Counted from the first letter of the stretch, positions 28,036 to 39,459 are shown. The stretch: 64,000 bases of DNA from an uncultured Prevotellaceae bacterium (GCA_949299545.1 CASGAM010000020.1:56432-120431), one strand, 5' to 3'. The notes: generated from the sequence alone by a model not told the origin. Numbers and translations are program-made.

Positions 28036-30533
28036 TGTTCGGGCATTTGCATGTCTATGTTTTGTTCCGGTTCAGACAGCACGATGCTTTCTTCCGGCGC
28101 TTCTTCAGCCGATAAACCGTCTGTTGCCAATGAATCTTTGCTCAAAACCAAAGAATCTGTTTCTTCCTCAGGATAATAGCCGCTGCATGTATAGCAGTTA
28201 CGGTCTATCGTTTCTTTAGGCACTTGCGGAAACTTTACGCGATATTTTGCTAAACGTTCGTCGGAAAGTACACTTCTGATAAAGTTCCCGAAAACGGGCA
28301 GTGCCGTACGGCTGCCTTGGCCCAAAGCACCTGTCCGGAAGTGAATACTGCGGTATTCGCCGCCAACCCATGCACCGCCCACCAATTTGGGCGTTACGCC
28401 GACAAACCAGGCATCGGAATGGTTGTTGGATGTGCCTGTTTTGCCACCAAACTCGCTCCATTTCAGTACCGGGTTGATATAACTCCACAGTGCTGCGGTT
28501 GTACCACCCCGTTCGGTGAGCCCGGCTTTTAAAAGTTGTTGCATTAGGAATGCGGAACGGTAAGGTATGGCCTGTGTGTCTTCTGTTTGTGCTTTATATA
28601 TTTCGTGCCCTTCCCTGTCGATGATGCTCGTTACCATTATGGGTATGGAGACTTTTCCGTCATTGATGACCGTACAGTAAGCGTTGACCAGTTCCAAAAG
28701 GTTGACATCCGACGCGCCAAGACTGAGTGCAGGAGTTTCTTTCAATGGAGATTGGATTCCCATTGCCCGTGCCGTGCGGGCAACATTGTGAATGCCGACT
28801 TCGTATCCTAATTTGACAGCGATGCTGTTGATGCTTTGTGCGAATGCGGATTTTAAAGGAATATCAACACCGGAAAAAGTCCCGTTGGCATTGTGCGGCG
28901 CCCATTTTGTCGGTTTCTCGTTGACTGTATCTGGGTATTGTTTCCATTCGTCTACCCGTTTGTCACAAGGGGTCAGTCCCTGATTCATGGCTTCTGTATA
29001 GACAAAGAGTTTGAATGTTGAGCCGGGCTGTCTCATCGCTGTTACTTTGTCGTACTTCCAAGTGTCAAAATCGATGTCTCCGACCCATGCTTTGACTTGT
29101 CTGGTATCCGGTTCAATCGCAACGAAACCGCAGTGCATGAACTTGACCATGTAACGGATGGAGTCCATTGTACTTAAAAGCATCCTGCGGTTGTCATCAT
29201 AAGAGAAGACATTGACCTCATGTGGCAAGTTTAAGTAGTACGTAACTGAGTCCGGAGAATCAGGAAATCGTTTTGACCAATATTTGTATTCAGTTGTTTT
29301 TTTTGCGATGTTTTCAATGAAGCCTTCGATCTCCCTGTGCTGTTCATCTTGCCATGGAGGTGTGTGTCCCCAATGTTCCTTAAACCTTTTTTGTATGATC
29401 TCCATTTGCTTCAGTACAGCTTCTTCAGCGTATTTTTGCATACGGGTATCTATTGTCGTGTAAATTTTCAGACCATCGGCGTATAAGTCCAGTTTGTTAT
29501 TGCTGTCAATGCCTTTGATCAAGCCGTTTTCACAAAGCCAGTCAATGTAATCCGTCAGTTCGACGCGGAAATAAGGTGCAATGCCATCGTAACTGCTTTC
29601 GGTTGCTTTTATGCTGACCTGCATTGGAATATTTTTAATGGAGTCTAGTTGTGCTACTGTGGCTTTTCTCCCGTTTATGATCATGTGACCATGGTCGTAG
29701 AGATTGGTTAAGACAACATTTCTGCGTTTCGTACTGTTTTCAGGATGCAGGCGGGGATTGTACGTGGATGTCGCTTTTAGCAGTCCTACTAGCGTAGCCG
29801 CTTGTTCGTATGTCAGCTTTTCCGGTGTCGTGTCAAAATAGGTCCGGCAGGCAGTCTTGATGCCGAATGAATTGCTGCCAAAATCAACGGTGTTGAAATA
29901 CATCGTGAGAATTTCTTCTTTGGTGAACACCATTTCTAATTTCACAGCAACAATCCATTCTTTTGCTTTCATGATTAGAATTCTGATGCCGGGTATTTTA
30001 CCTAAAAGTCCGGTTGAATATTGTGTGCGTACGCGGAAAAGGTTTTTGGCAAGTTGTTGCGTGATGGTGCTTGCTCCACGTGCGTTGCCGCTGGCGATAT
30101 CCTTGATTGCTGCCAATAATCCTTGGAAATCAATACCTTTATGCTTGTAGAATCGTTCATCCTCTGTGTCAATCAGAGTCTGTATGATTATGGGGGAGAT
30201 TTCCTCATATTTAACGGGTGTGCGGTTTTCGTTGAAATATCTACCGATTAAAATACTGTCGGAGCTGTAAATCTCCGAGGCTTCATTTGTTATCGGATTT
30301 TTAATTTCATTGATGCCGGGGGATTTACCGAAGAGGTATAAGAAATTAATGTCTACAGCTCCCAAAAGGACTATGATAGTCATAATGAAAGTTATGCTGT
30401 AGATCGCTATTTTTTTATACCACGGCCCTTGGTAAAGCCGTCTTATTTTTTTCTGTAGTTTCTTCAATCCATGAAAAGTGGTTTTCATGGAGAAAAAGGA
30501 TTTTGACTGTGGCATGTTCTTCGCTTTGACCAC
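28032..30533 (-). CDS. Class A penicillin-binding protein (PBP1A)
   Basis: EDERFYKHKG, GASTITQQLAKN, QPGSTFK, SIN, KTGTS. True start may be 30488 (MKTTF). Confidence 0.93.
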   Translation of the reverse strand: MVKAKNMPQSKSFFSMKTTFHGLKKLQKKIRRLYQGPWYKKIAIYSITFIMTIIVLLGAVDINFLYLFGKSPGINEIKNPITNEASEIYSSDSILIGRYFNENRTPVKYEEISPIIIQTLIDTEDERFYKHKGIDFQGLLAAIKDIASGNARGASTITQQLAKNLFRVRTQYSTGLLGKIPGIRILIMKAKEWIVAVKLEMVFTKEEILTMYFNTVDFGSNSFGIKTACRTYFDTTPEKLTYEQAATLVGLLKATSTYNPRLHPENSTKRRNVVLTNLYDHGHMIINGRKATVAQLDSIKNIPMQVSIKATESSYDGIAPYFRVELTDYIDWLCENGLIKGIDSNNKLDLYADGLKIYTTIDTRMQKYAEEAVLKQMEIIQKRFKEHWGHTPPWQDEQHREIEGFIENIAKKTTEYKYWSKRFPDSPDSVTYYLNLPHEVNVFSYDDNRRMLLSTMDSIRYMVKFMHCGFVAIEPDTRQVKAWVGDIDFDTWKYDKVTAMRQPGSTFKLFVYTEAMNQGLTPCDKRVDEWKQYPDTVNEKPTKWAPHNANGTFSGVDIPLKSAFAQSINSIAVKLGYEVGIHNVARTARAMGIQSPLKETPALSLGASDVNLLELVNAYCTVINDGKVSIPIMVTSIIDREGHEIYKAQTEDTQAIPYRSAFLMQQLLKAGLTERGGTTAALWSYINPVLKWSEFGGKTGTSNNHSDAWFVGVTPKLVGGAWVGGEYRSIHFRTGALGQGSRTALPVFGNFIRSVLSDERLAKYRVKFPQVPKETIDRNCYTCSGYYPEEETDSLVLSKDSLATDGLSAEEAPEESIVLSEPEQNIDMQMPEQ

Positions 30534-30550
30534 GTAAAAATAAGAAAACT

Positions 30551-31456
30551 TTATTTATTTATTTCAAGTTCAATGAATTTTTTTATTCGTGCTTCCTCAT
30601 CAGGATGAAACCAGTTGACGCTATCGTCTTTTTTATACCACGTCATTTGTTTGCGTGAATAAATACGTGAATTTTGCTTTATCTTTTCAATGGCTGTCTC
30701 TAAGGTCCATTCACCATCAAGATATTGGAACACTTCTTTGTAACCTACAGTGTTGAGTGCGTTTGTATGCCTGTATTGTTTTACTCTCAAGGCCTCTTCT
30801 ATCAGGCCGTTGGCAATCATGTCGTCTACGCGTTTGTTGATTCTTTCATAGAGTTCTACGCGTTCGCGGCGCAGGCCTATTTTTATGATATCAAAGGGAC
30901 GCTGTTTAGGTTGACATGTGAGAAAAGATGAATAAGGTTTACCTGTCATGTAGCAGATTTCCAGTGCATGAATGACACGTTTCGGATTCCTTAAATCCAC
31001 TTTTTTATAGTATTCCGGATCTAACAACCGAAGTTCTGAACATAAATTATCCAAACCTTCATGCTCATATCGTTCAAGCATCAGTTGGCGTGTTTCGTTG
31101 TCTACTGTCGGTATGTCGTCAATGCCCTTGCAAACCGCGTCTATGTACATCATGCTCCCACCGGACATTAGTGCGTAGGGGTGTTGTTTGAAACGTTCGT
31201 TTAATAGGGAGACAGCTTCAGTCTCGTATTGTGCCGCACTATAGTAGTCTGTTAAATTCAGAGTTCCGACAAAATAGTGTTTGACGCGTTTTTGTTGTTC
31301 ATGCGTTGGTGCGGCCGTTCCGACAGGGATGTTTTTATAGATCTGGCGGGAGTCGGCATTAAGGATAGGAGTATGAAGAAACTCAGCTAATGACAAGCTG
31401 AGTTCCGTCTTTCCGACACCTGTCGGTCCTATTAAAACAAAAAGTTTGTTTTTCAT
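30551..31456 (-). CDS. miaA: tRNA dimethylallyltransferase
   Basis: [36 protein letters not shown]. Confidence 0.96.
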   Translation of the reverse strand: MKNKLFVLIGPTGVGKTELSLSLAEFLHTPILNADSRQIYKNIPVGTAAPTHEQQKRVKHYFVGTLNLTDYYSAAQYETEAVSLLNERFKQHPYALMSGGSMMYIDAVCKGIDDIPTVDNETRQLMLERYEHEGLDNLCSELRLLDPEYYKKVDLRNPKRVIHALEICYMTGKPYSSFLTCQPKQRPFDIIKIGLRRERVELYERINKRVDDMIANGLIEEALRVKQYRHTNALNTVGYKEVFQYLDGEWTLETAIEKIKQNSRIYSRKQMTWYKKDDSVNWFHPDEEARIKKFIELEINK

Positions 31457-31459
31457 TAA

Positions 31460-32008
31460 TTATGAATATGGATTTCCTTCGCTTATTTCAAATCCTTCAG
31501 GATCAAATTCTTCATTGTCAAAATCGTCGCTTCCATAAAAATCTTCTTGCAGATCTTCAGCTTTTTTTGTTGGGGTGGGGGGGATGGGTTCGCTGATTTC
31601 GATGTATTGTTGCGGAGGAAGACCGTGCTGTCTGCTGCAAACGGCGTTTGATTGTGTTTTCCCAAAGATTATTTCTGTCAATTCAATGAGAAACATACGC
31701 TCTTCGAGAGGATCAAAGATAAAGACCATACGTTGCTTTTCATCTTCCAACAGCTCGCTCAGACGTGTATCTTTCATAAGATAAATGTCTTCGTCTGCTC
31801 TTCCGTATCCCAAATCTTCCATTAGGATTTCCTGTTCTTTCTCCCAGCGGTCGCTGCAAGTGAAGAAACTTGTGATTTGTTTGTTACCATATTGGCAAGC
31901 AGCAAGGATTGCTTCCTGAAGATCGAAGAAAGTGGCGTCTGAGTCTATCTTGATTTCCCGGATAAAATCTTCTACCTCATTGGATATAATGCTGAAACGA
32001 TAAATCAT
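31460..32008 (-). CDS. Conserved Bacteroidetes protein (pRiA4b ORF3/TnpR-like), acidic tail
   Basis: MIYRFSIISNEVEDFIREIKID, SFFTCSDRWEKEQEI, FDPLEERMFLIEL; sits between lpxA and miaA. Confidence 0.75.
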   Translation of the reverse strand: MIYRFSIISNEVEDFIREIKIDSDATFFDLQEAILAACQYGNKQITSFFTCSDRWEKEQEILMEDLGYGRADEDIYLMKDTRLSELLEDEKQRMVFIFDPLEERMFLIELTEIIFGKTQSNAVCSRQHGLPPQQYIEISEPIPPTPTKKAEDLQEDFYGSDDFDNEEFDPEGFEISEGNPYS

Positions 32009-32013
32009 TTTTG

Positions 32014-32799
32014 CTATTTTTTAGGTGGATGGATGAATCCACGTTTTGATTTCTCGATAAAATCTGTGATGTATTCGATTTCTTTTGATTGCGGAACCTC
32101 CGTTTTGACCTTGTTTAATGCTTCTTCTAATGGTAAACTACCTTGATAAATAATACGGTAAGCATTATGGATATTCTCAATAAGTTCATTACTGAAACCG
32201 CGGCGGCGAAGTCCAACAAGGTTGAGGCCACAATAGGCAGCCGGATCGCGTGCGCATATTACAAATGGAGGAACGTCTTGACTGAAACGTGTTCCGCCAC
32301 CTACCATCGTATAACCGCCAACTCGGCAGAATTGGTGCATAAGTACATTTGCACTCAGAATCGCATTGTCATCAATGACGGTTTCTCCGGCTAATTTCGT
32401 ACTGTTGCCAATGATACATCCGTTACCTACGTAGGCGTCATGAGCTACATGCATGCCTTCCATCAAAAGGTTATCGTTACCGACATAGGTACGGCCTTGT
32501 GCGGCAGTTCCCCGATTGATGGTAACATTCTCGCGGATTCGGTTACGGTCACCAATGATTGCAGTCGTGTCCTCGCCTCTGAACTTCAAATCTTGCGGAA
32601 TTGCACTAATGACAGCACCCGGGAAAATCGTGTTCTCGTTGCCGATACGTGCGCCATAGAGTACGGTAACACTGTTCATCAGTATGTTGTTGTCGCCGAT
32701 TTCCACGTTCTTGTCGATGTAACAAAACGCACCAATTTCACAGTTTTCACCGATTTTTGCTTCGGGATGAATATAGGCTAAAGGACTTATTTTACTCAT
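32014..32799 (-). CDS. lpxA: UDP-N-acetylglucosamine O-acyltransferase
   Basis: Hexapeptide repeats, PQDLKF, HVAHD, GLNLVGLRRRGF. Confidence 0.96.
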   Translation of the reverse strand: MSKISPLAYIHPEAKIGENCEIGAFCYIDKNVEIGDNNILMNSVTVLYGARIGNENTIFPGAVISAIPQDLKFRGEDTTAIIGDRNRIRENVTINRGTAAQGRTYVGNDNLLMEGMHVAHDAYVGNGCIIGNSTKLAGETVIDDNAILSANVLMHQFCRVGGYTMVGGGTRFSQDVPPFVICARDPAAYCGLNLVGLRRRGFSNELIENIHNAYRIIYQGSLPLEEALNKVKTEVPQSKEIEYITDFIEKSKRGFIHPPKK

Positions 32800-32802
32800 A
32801 GA

Positions 32803-34188
32803 TTATTTGTTTTTTACGATTTGTGCTGTTAAGATTGCTTCCGTGACAATACTTTCTCCTACGAACGCATAGCCCCTCATTGAAGAAATTCCATGGCGGA
32901 GCGGCGCAAGAAGTTCCACTTTGAATATCAGTGTGTCGCCCGGTACAACCTTTTGGCGGAATTTTACTTGATCTATTTTAAGAAAATATGTACTCCATCG
33001 TTCTGGTTCTTCCACAGAGTTCAGCACCAATAATCCGCCGGCTTGTGCCATAGCTTCGATTTGAAATACACCTGGCATCACGGGTTCCTGTGGAAAATGT
33101 CCTTGGAAGAACGGTTCGTTTCCAGTCACGTTCTTTACAGCTACGATAGAACTGGGGCCGAGTTCGATTACTTTGTCAACTAATTGCATCGGATAACGGT
33201 GAGGCAATAACTGGCGGATGCGGTTAATGTCCATTACCGGTGTCTCGTTGCAGTCATAACCGGGCGCTTGAATTTCATGCGCACGGATTTCTTTACGGAT
33301 AAGGCGGGCAAACTTGTTGTTAATGGTATGCCCCGGCCGCGTTGCGATGATACGTCCCTTGATAGGTTTGCCGATAAGCGCCATGTCTCCAATAATATCA
33401 AGCAGTTTGTGGCGCGCAGGCTCATTGCTCCATACTAAAGGTTTGTGGTTAAGATAACCTTTAACAGTCGCGTCATGATGAGGAACACCTATGTTATCAG
33501 CGAGCTTGTCCAACTTTTCTTGTGACATTTCGTTTTCATAGATGACAATGGCATTGTCCAGATCGCCACCTTTTATAAGTCCGGCCGCCATTAGCTGTTC
33601 AACTTCACGAACGAAAACAAAAGTTCGGCTTGGGGCAATCTCTGTTTCAAAGTTTTCCATATTATCCAACGTAGCAAACTGGCTGGATAATACTTTCGAC
33701 TGGAATGCAATCATTGTGGTGATGCTGAATTGCTCATCCGGCAGAATTGTGATACATGAGCCGGTTTCTTCATCCTTGACTTCTAATTTTTTGCGGATGA
33801 TATAATAATCTTTTACGGCATTTTGTTCAGCTATGCCGACACGTTTGATATTTTCAACATATATTTCTGCACTGCCGTCAAGGATTGGGAACTCAGGGCC
33901 GTTTACCTGTATCAGACAGTTGTCAACGCCCATAGCGTATAATGCGGCCAAACCGTGTTCAACAGTACTGCATTTCGCTTCTTTCCTGCCAAGAACTGTT
34001 CCACGTGTCGTTTCGACAACATTTTCAGCAACGGCCTCAATGATAGGCATACCGTCAAGATCTATGCGCTGTATTTTATAGCCGTGGTTTTCAGGAGCTG
34101 GATTAAAAGTCACAGTTAAATTTAAGCCCGTATGAAGACCTTTTCCGCATAACGAGAAACTGCCGCTCAGTGTTTTTTGTTTTGACAT
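32803..34188 (-). CDS. lpxC: Bifunctional LpxC/FabZ
   Basis: GKGLHTG, TVEH, HKLLD (LpxC) fused to LPHRYP, FQGHFP, EAMAQ (FabZ). Confidence 0.96.
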   Translation of the reverse strand: MSKQKTLSGSFSLCGKGLHTGLNLTVTFNPAPENHGYKIQRIDLDGMPIIEAVAENVVETTRGTVLGRKEAKCSTVEHGLAALYAMGVDNCLIQVNGPEFPILDGSAEIYVENIKRVGIAEQNAVKDYYIIRKKLEVKDEETGSCITILPDEQFSITTMIAFQSKVLSSQFATLDNMENFETEIAPSRTFVFVREVEQLMAAGLIKGGDLDNAIVIYENEMSQEKLDKLADNIGVPHHDATVKGYLNHKPLVWSNEPARHKLLDIIGDMALIGKPIKGRIIATRPGHTINNKFARLIRKEIRAHEIQAPGYDCNETPVMDINRIRQLLPHRYPMQLVDKVIELGPSSIVAVKNVTGNEPFFQGHFPQEPVMPGVFQIEAMAQAGGLLVLNSVEEPERWSTYFLKIDQVKFRQKVVPGDTLIFKVELLAPLRHGISSMRGYAFVGESIVTEAILTAQIVKNK

Positions 34189-34203
34189 AACGTTATTTGT
34201 ATG

Positions 34204-35256
34204 TTACTTGTTTGTCTGTTTGAGTAAATTTTTAAGTTCTTCTACTTCTTTGGTAAGGCGGTTGACGTTAGCGTACATCTCTGGAAGATTTTTGTAAACG
34301 ACGCTTGACCGCGCAAAGTTTTTTGAATCAATGGCTGGCGTGCCTTGTACGGTTACGTGTCCTTTTCGGATGCTGCCTGCAATACCGGCCTGCGCACCTG
34401 AGAATACCTTGTCGCCTATGACGGCATGTCCTGCTATGCCGACTTGTCCGCCAAACATGCACCATTTGCCTATTTTCGTTGAACCTGCCACACCGACTTG
34501 CGCAGACATGACTGTGTTCTCGCCCACTTCTACGTTATGAGCTATCTGCACCAAGTTGTCAAGTTTGACACCTTTCCTGACATAGGTTGACCCCATTGTA
34601 GAGCGATCTACACATGTGTTTGCACCTATTTCAACGTTATCTTCTATTGTAACGATGCCAATTTGCGGAATCTTGTCATATCCGTTTTCGGTCGGTGCGA
34701 ATCCGAACCCGTCTGCGCCTATTACGCATCCGGAGTGTAAAATCACATTATTTCCTATTTTGCATCCGTGATAAATAGAGACGTTGGGATATATGATACA
34801 ATTTTCTCCAATCGTAATGTTGTCGTAAATTGTGGCATGGGGATAAACTTGTGTTCCTTTGCCAATGATGACGTTTTCGCCGATATATGCAAATGGGGCA
34901 ATATAACAGTCATCTGCTATTTTTGCACTGGAAGCTATGAATGCCAATGGGTCAACACCTTTTTTCTTAGGTTTGCTCATCTCGTAGAGTGAGAGAAGTT
35001 TGGCTACGGCTTCATAAGCGTTGGGAACACGAATAAGGGTCGTGTCAATGTCTTTTTCTAATTGCAAGTCATTGTCTATAAGGATAATACTTGACTTTGT
35101 TTCATATATGTAGTGAATATATTTAGGGTTGGATAAGAAAGAGATGGCTCCCGGCACTCCTTCTTCAATCTTAGCAAATGTGTTTACCGTGGCGTTTTCG
35201 TTGCCCTCAACTGTTCCTTGGATAAACTCCGCTATTTGCTTTGCAGTAAATTCCAT
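34204..35256 (-). CDS. lpxD: UDP-3-O-acylglucosamine N-acyltransferase
   Basis: [29 protein letters not shown]. Confidence 0.96.
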   Translation of the reverse strand: MEFTAKQIAEFIQGTVEGNENATVNTFAKIEEGVPGAISFLSNPKYIHYIYETKSSIILIDNDLQLEKDIDTTLIRVPNAYEAVAKLLSLYEMSKPKKKGVDPLAFIASSAKIADDCYIAPFAYIGENVIIGKGTQVYPHATIYDNITIGENCIIYPNVSIYHGCKIGNNVILHSGCVIGADGFGFAPTENGYDKIPQIGIVTIEDNVEIGANTCVDRSTMGSTYVRKGVKLDNLVQIAHNVEVGENTVMSAQVGVAGSTKIGKWCMFGGQVGIAGHAVIGDKVFSGAQAGIAGSIRKGHVTVQGTPAIDSKNFARSSVVYKNLPEMYANVNRLTKEVEELKNLLKQTNK

Positions 35257-35382
35257 ATTTTATAGGCTTGTCATTACTTATTTTGCAAATTTCGCAAAAA
35301 AAAATGATATACACGATAAATTAAATGATAAAATTGATGGTATTGTGTAATTTGTTTTATCGTTTTTTTACCGTTCGGTTAT

Positions 35383-35421
35383 AAAAAAACCGGTAGATTC
35401 TTATTGATGGAACCTGCCGGT
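35383..35421 (-). terminator. Intrinsic terminator after pyrF
   Basis: Minus strand ACCGGCAG...CTACCGGT followed by a T-run. Confidence 0.7.
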
Positions 35422-35453
35422 CGTATGTGTCAGAAAAGTTTTTAAGCAGTTGA

Positions 35454-36278
35454 TTATAAAATTGTTTTGAGTTGTTCTGCCATTTGTTGTTGCACTTCTT
35501 TTGCTTTTTCGGCAGCTGTTTGCGCGAAAAGCGGAGTCGAGTCAGCATAAATGATGGCACGGCTACTGTTCACAATGAGCCCGCATTGTTTGTTCATGCC
35601 GTATTTGCAGACTTCTTCTAATGAGCCGCCTTGCACGCCTATACCTGGTACTAAGAGGAAATGTTCCGGAACGATTTTGCGTATGTCTTCAAACATGCGT
35701 CCCTGAGTCGCTCCTACGACATACATCATATTGTCTGCATTACCCCATTCTTGGCTTTTTCTTAGAACCTTCTCAAACAACCGCTCGCCATTCTCGTCCG
35801 TTGTCAGTTGAAAGTCGTGTGATCCTTTGTTGCTGGTCAATGCCAAAAGAATCACCCATTTCCCTTTGTAAGAAAGGAACGGTGAGACGCTGTCTTCTCC
35901 CATGTAGGGGGCAACCGTGACGGAATCAATATTCATTTCTTCAAAAAATGTGCGGGCGTACATTGCAGAGGTATTACCTATGTCGCCTCTTTTCGCATCG
36001 GCAATGATGAATTGGTCAGGATAGAAGTTGTTGAGGTAAGCGATTGTTTTTTCAAATGATATCCATCCTTTGACACCCATGCTTTCATAGAAGGCCAGAT
36101 TGGGCTTATAGGCGATACAGTAGGGCGCAGTCGCGTCGATAATGGCTTTGTTAAATTCAAAAACAGGATCTTCCTCGGAAAGTAAATGTTTAGGGATTTT
36201 CTTGATGTCAGTGTCAAGCCCTACGCAAAGGAAGGAATGCTTTTTCTTTATGTTTTCAAATAATTGTTCTTTGTTCAT
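35454..36278 (-). CDS. pyrF: Orotidine-5'-phosphate decarboxylase
   Basis: [35 protein letters not shown]. Confidence 0.96.
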   Translation of the reverse strand: MNKEQLFENIKKKHSFLCVGLDTDIKKIPKHLLSEEDPVFEFNKAIIDATAPYCIAYKPNLAFYESMGVKGWISFEKTIAYLNNFYPDQFIIADAKRGDIGNTSAMYARTFFEEMNIDSVTVAPYMGEDSVSPFLSYKGKWVILLALTSNKGSHDFQLTTDENGERLFEKVLRKSQEWGNADNMMYVVGATQGRMFEDIRKIVPEHFLLVPGIGVQGGSLEEVCKYGMNKQCGLIVNSSRAIIYADSTPLFAQTAAEKAKEVQQQMAEQLKTIL

Positions 36279-36292
36279 GCTCTTTGATTTAT

Positions 36293-37402
36293 TTAAAGTT
36301 CGCTTTCTTTCAAACGTTCTGCGTTTTCAGCAACAATCAGTTGGTCGATGCAGTCTTGTATGTTTCCTTCCATGAACGACGGAAGGTTTTGCATGTTATA
36401 ACCTATCCGATGGTCGGTTATACGGCTTTGCGGGTAGTTGTAAGTGCGGATTTTTGCCGAACGGTCACCGGTAGATACCATGGTTTTTCGCTTGCTGGCA
36501 ATATCGTCAATATATTTTTGATGTTCTTTGTCGTAGATGAATGTCCTCAAGCGGGCCAATGCTCGTTCTTTGTTTTTGGGCTGGTCCCGTGTTTCTGTAC
36601 ATTCGATTAAAATCTCCTCTGTCTCTCCCGTATTGGGGTTTTTCCACATGTATCTCGCGCGGACACCCGACTCGACTTTGTTGACATTCTGCCCGCCGGC
36701 TCCGCTCGAACGGAACGTATCCCATTTGATTTCTCCTTCGTTAATTTCAACGTCGAACTCTTGCGCTTCGGGCAGAACGGCGACTGTGGCAGCCGAAGTG
36801 TGTACGCGTCCTTGCGTTTCCGTAGCCGGGACACGCTGCACCCGGTGTACGCCGGATTCATATTTCAGTGTCCCATAGACTTTTTCCCCCGTTACGCTGA
36901 AAATGATTTCCTTGAAACCGCCAGCCGAACCCTCGTTAAAACTTGATACGGCAATTTTCCAGCCTTTTGATTCACAGTATTTGGAATACATTTTAAACAA
37001 GTCACCGGCAAACAGCGCCGCTTCGTCACCACCGGTGCCGCCACGTATTTCCATGATGACGTTCTTGTCATCTTCCGGGTCTGCAGGCACTAACAATAAT
37101 TTGATTTCCTCTTCGATTTCCGGAATGCGTTTTTCGGCTGACGACAATTCTTCGCGTGCCATTTCTTTCATTTCCGGATCTTCCTCGTTGGCTAAGATTT
37201 GTTTGGCATCATCAATGTTTTTCAGGGTGTCCAAATATTCTTTGCGTGCCTTCATGATGTCGCCCAAATCCTTGTATTCTTTGGTTAGTTTTACGTAACG
37301 TTTTTGGTCGCTGATTACGTTGGGGTCTGTAATTAATGTGCCCACTTCTTCAAAGCGACTTACCAGACCTTCCAGCTTGTTTAATATTGTATTTTCTGCC
37401 AT
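36293..37402 (-). CDS. prfA: Peptide chain release factor 1
   Basis: GTGGDEA, RVPATE (PxT motif), [11 protein letters not shown]. Confidence 0.97.
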   Translation of the reverse strand: MAENTILNKLEGLVSRFEEVGTLITDPNVISDQKRYVKLTKEYKDLGDIMKARKEYLDTLKNIDDAKQILANEEDPEMKEMAREELSSAEKRIPEIEEEIKLLLVPADPEDDKNVIMEIRGGTGGDEAALFAGDLFKMYSKYCESKGWKIAVSSFNEGSAGGFKEIIFSVTGEKVYGTLKYESGVHRVQRVPATETQGRVHTSAATVAVLPEAQEFDVEINEGEIKWDTFRSSGAGGQNVNKVESGVRARYMWKNPNTGETEEILIECTETRDQPKNKERALARLRTFIYDKEHQKYIDDIASKRKTMVSTGDRSAKIRTYNYPQSRITDHRIGYNMQNLPSFMEGNIQDCIDQLIVAENAERLKESEL

Positions 37403-37603
37403 TTAGTCAAAAAACTTTTGAATCCATTTGTATTTTTTGTTGATTACTTTTTCGGTGAGGACACACCAACCGACAATCGCCAAAATATTGAGTAGGTTAT
37501 CATACCATACGCGGGAACTGAAGTCCTCAAAAGTCCTGTATATCAGGAATATCGTGAGCCCGATTGAAGCGATGCAGAAAAGGATGAAAAGGATTTTCTT
37601 CAT
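37403..37603 (-). CDS. Small two-TM hypothetical membrane protein
   Basis: 66-aa ORF filling the purM-prfA gap; two hydrophobic helices; its stop abuts the prfA start (TAAATG). Confidence 0.65.
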   Translation of the reverse strand: MKKILFILFCIASIGLTIFLIYRTFEDFSSRVWYDNLLNILAIVGWCVLTEKVINKKYKWIQKFFD

Positions 37604-37624
37604 GATGGGTTCTCACTCTACAGA

Positions 37625-38791
37625 TTAGTAATTGAATACGCCGAATTCACTTTTAATAGTCAGTGAGCGTGTGCCTTCTTCTATGTGTCCGATTACTTGA
37701 GCTTCGATATTGAAACTTCTGCTGATTTCCATGATGCAATCGGCCTGCTCCGGTGATACGTATATCTCCATGCGGTGTCCCATGTTGAACACTTTGTACA
37801 TCTCGGCCCAGTCTGTTCCACTTTCTTGTGCGATGGCTTTGAACAGTGGTGGTACGGGAAACATGTTGTCTTTTACGACGTGGCAGTTTTCGCCAACAAA
37901 ATGCAGAACCTTTGTTTGGGCGCCGCCGGTACAGTGTACCATGCCATGGATCTCGCTTCTCATCTCGTCCAAGATGCGTTTAATTACCGGTGCATATGTG
38001 CGGGTAGGGGAGAGTACCAATTTGCCGGCGTTTACAGGAGAACCGTCTACCGGGTCAGTCAGTTTGTAACTGCCGCTGTAAACTAAGTCCTCAGGCACTG
38101 CTTTGTCATAGCTTTCCGGGTATTTCTCTGCCAGATACTTTGCAAATACGTCGTGGCGTGCGCTGGTCAGTCCATTGCTGCCCATACCTCCGTTATACTC
38201 CTTTTCGTAGGTTGCTTGCCCGCAGCTGCTTAATCCGACAATTACATCTCCCGGACGGATATTGGCGTTATTGATGACGTCACTTCTTTTCATACGGCAA
38301 GTCACGGTGGAGTCCACAATAATGGTCCTTACCAAGTCGCCGACATCTGCCGTTTCACCACCTGTGGCATAGATTCCCACGCCCATTTTTCTCATTTCTG
38401 CGAGCAACTCATCCGTACCGTTGATAATGGCGCTGATGACTTCGCCGGGAATCAGCATTTTGTTGCGCCCGATGGTGGAAGAAACCAAGATATTGTCTAC
38501 AGCCCCCACGCAAAGCAAATCATCCGTGTTCATGATGAGCGCGTCTTGTGCAATACCTTTCCATACAGACAAGTCGCCTGTTTCTTTCCAATACATGTAG
38601 GCCAGCGATGATTTCGTCCCGGCACCGTCAGCATGCATGATGTTACAATATTCAGGGTCGCCCCCGAGAATGTCAGGGATGATTTTGCAAAATGCTTGCG
38701 GAAAGATACCTTTGTCAATGTTTTTAATAGCGTTGTGTACGTCTTCCTTTGCAGCGGAAACGCCGCGCATCATATAGCGTTGGTTGCTCAT
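37625..38791 (-). CDS. purM: AIR synthase (Bacteroidetes type)
   Basis: HADGAGTKS, GGETADVGD, SNGLTSARH, VFNMGHRME. Confidence 0.93.
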   Translation of the reverse strand: MSNQRYMMRGVSAAKEDVHNAIKNIDKGIFPQAFCKIIPDILGGDPEYCNIMHADGAGTKSSLAYMYWKETGDLSVWKGIAQDALIMNTDDLLCVGAVDNILVSSTIGRNKMLIPGEVISAIINGTDELLAEMRKMGVGIYATGGETADVGDLVRTIIVDSTVTCRMKRSDVINNANIRPGDVIVGLSSCGQATYEKEYNGGMGSNGLTSARHDVFAKYLAEKYPESYDKAVPEDLVYSGSYKLTDPVDGSPVNAGKLVLSPTRTYAPVIKRILDEMRSEIHGMVHCTGGAQTKVLHFVGENCHVVKDNMFPVPPLFKAIAQESGTDWAEMYKVFNMGHRMEIYVSPEQADCIMEISRSFNIEAQVIGHIEEGTRSLTIKSEFGVFNY

Positions 38792-38821
38792 GTCATTGAT
38801 ACTTTAGATGATTATTTCAGG

Positions 38822-38853
38822 CAAAATTAGTTAAAAAACGTCGAGTTGGCAAA
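38822..38853 (-). promoter_or_regulatory. Promoter for purM-prfA-pyrF
   Basis: Minus-strand TTTG (38853-38850), 20 nt, TAATTTTG (38829-38822). Confidence 0.65.
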
Positions 38854-38871
38854 TGTGAAGCTGAAAAGTCA

Positions 38872-39459
38872 TTAATCAAAAGAGACTTTCGGCGCTTCAG
38901 AGGCATTTGCATCGCTTTTGAAGTTTTCCTTTTTTGTGAAACCGAACATTCCTGCAAACAGGTTGTTGGGAAACGAGCGTATCAGGGTGTTATATTCCTG
39001 TACGGCTTCGTTGTAACGTTTCCGGGCTTCCGTAATACGGTTTTCCGTTCCCTCTAACTGGGCTTGCAATTCGGAAAAGTTTTCGTTGGCTTTCAGTTGC
39101 GGATAGTTTTCGGTGATGGCCAGTAACTTGCCCAAGGCAGAGCTGACGGCACCTTGTGCAGCCTGATATTCGGCCAATTTTTCAGCAGTCAGGTCTTGTG
39201 GGTCAATGGTAATCTGCGTTGCTTTGCTTCTTGCTTCAATGACAGCTTCGAGGGTAGTGCTTTCATGTTCCGCATATCCTTTGACGGTGCTTACCAAGTT
39301 CGGTATCAAGTCCGCGCGTCTTTGGTATTGGGCTTCCACGTTACTCCAGGCAGCTGAGGCTGCTTCGTCTTTCTCTACCATTTTGTTATATGAACAACTG
39401 TTGAGTAGCACCATGATGAGTAGTGCAAACGGCCATAATATCAGTTTTTTTGCTTTCAT
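38872..39459 (-). CDS. LemA family protein
   Basis: QYQRRADLIPNLV, ENYPQLKA, LEGTENRI. Confidence 0.95.
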   Translation of the reverse strand: MKAKKLILWPFALLIMVLLNSCSYNKMVEKDEAASAAWSNVEAQYQRRADLIPNLVSTVKGYAEHESTTLEAVIEARSKATQITIDPQDLTAEKLAEYQAAQGAVSSALGKLLAITENYPQLKANENFSELQAQLEGTENRITEARKRYNEAVQEYNTLIRSFPNNLFAGMFGFTKKENFKSDANASEAPKVSFD

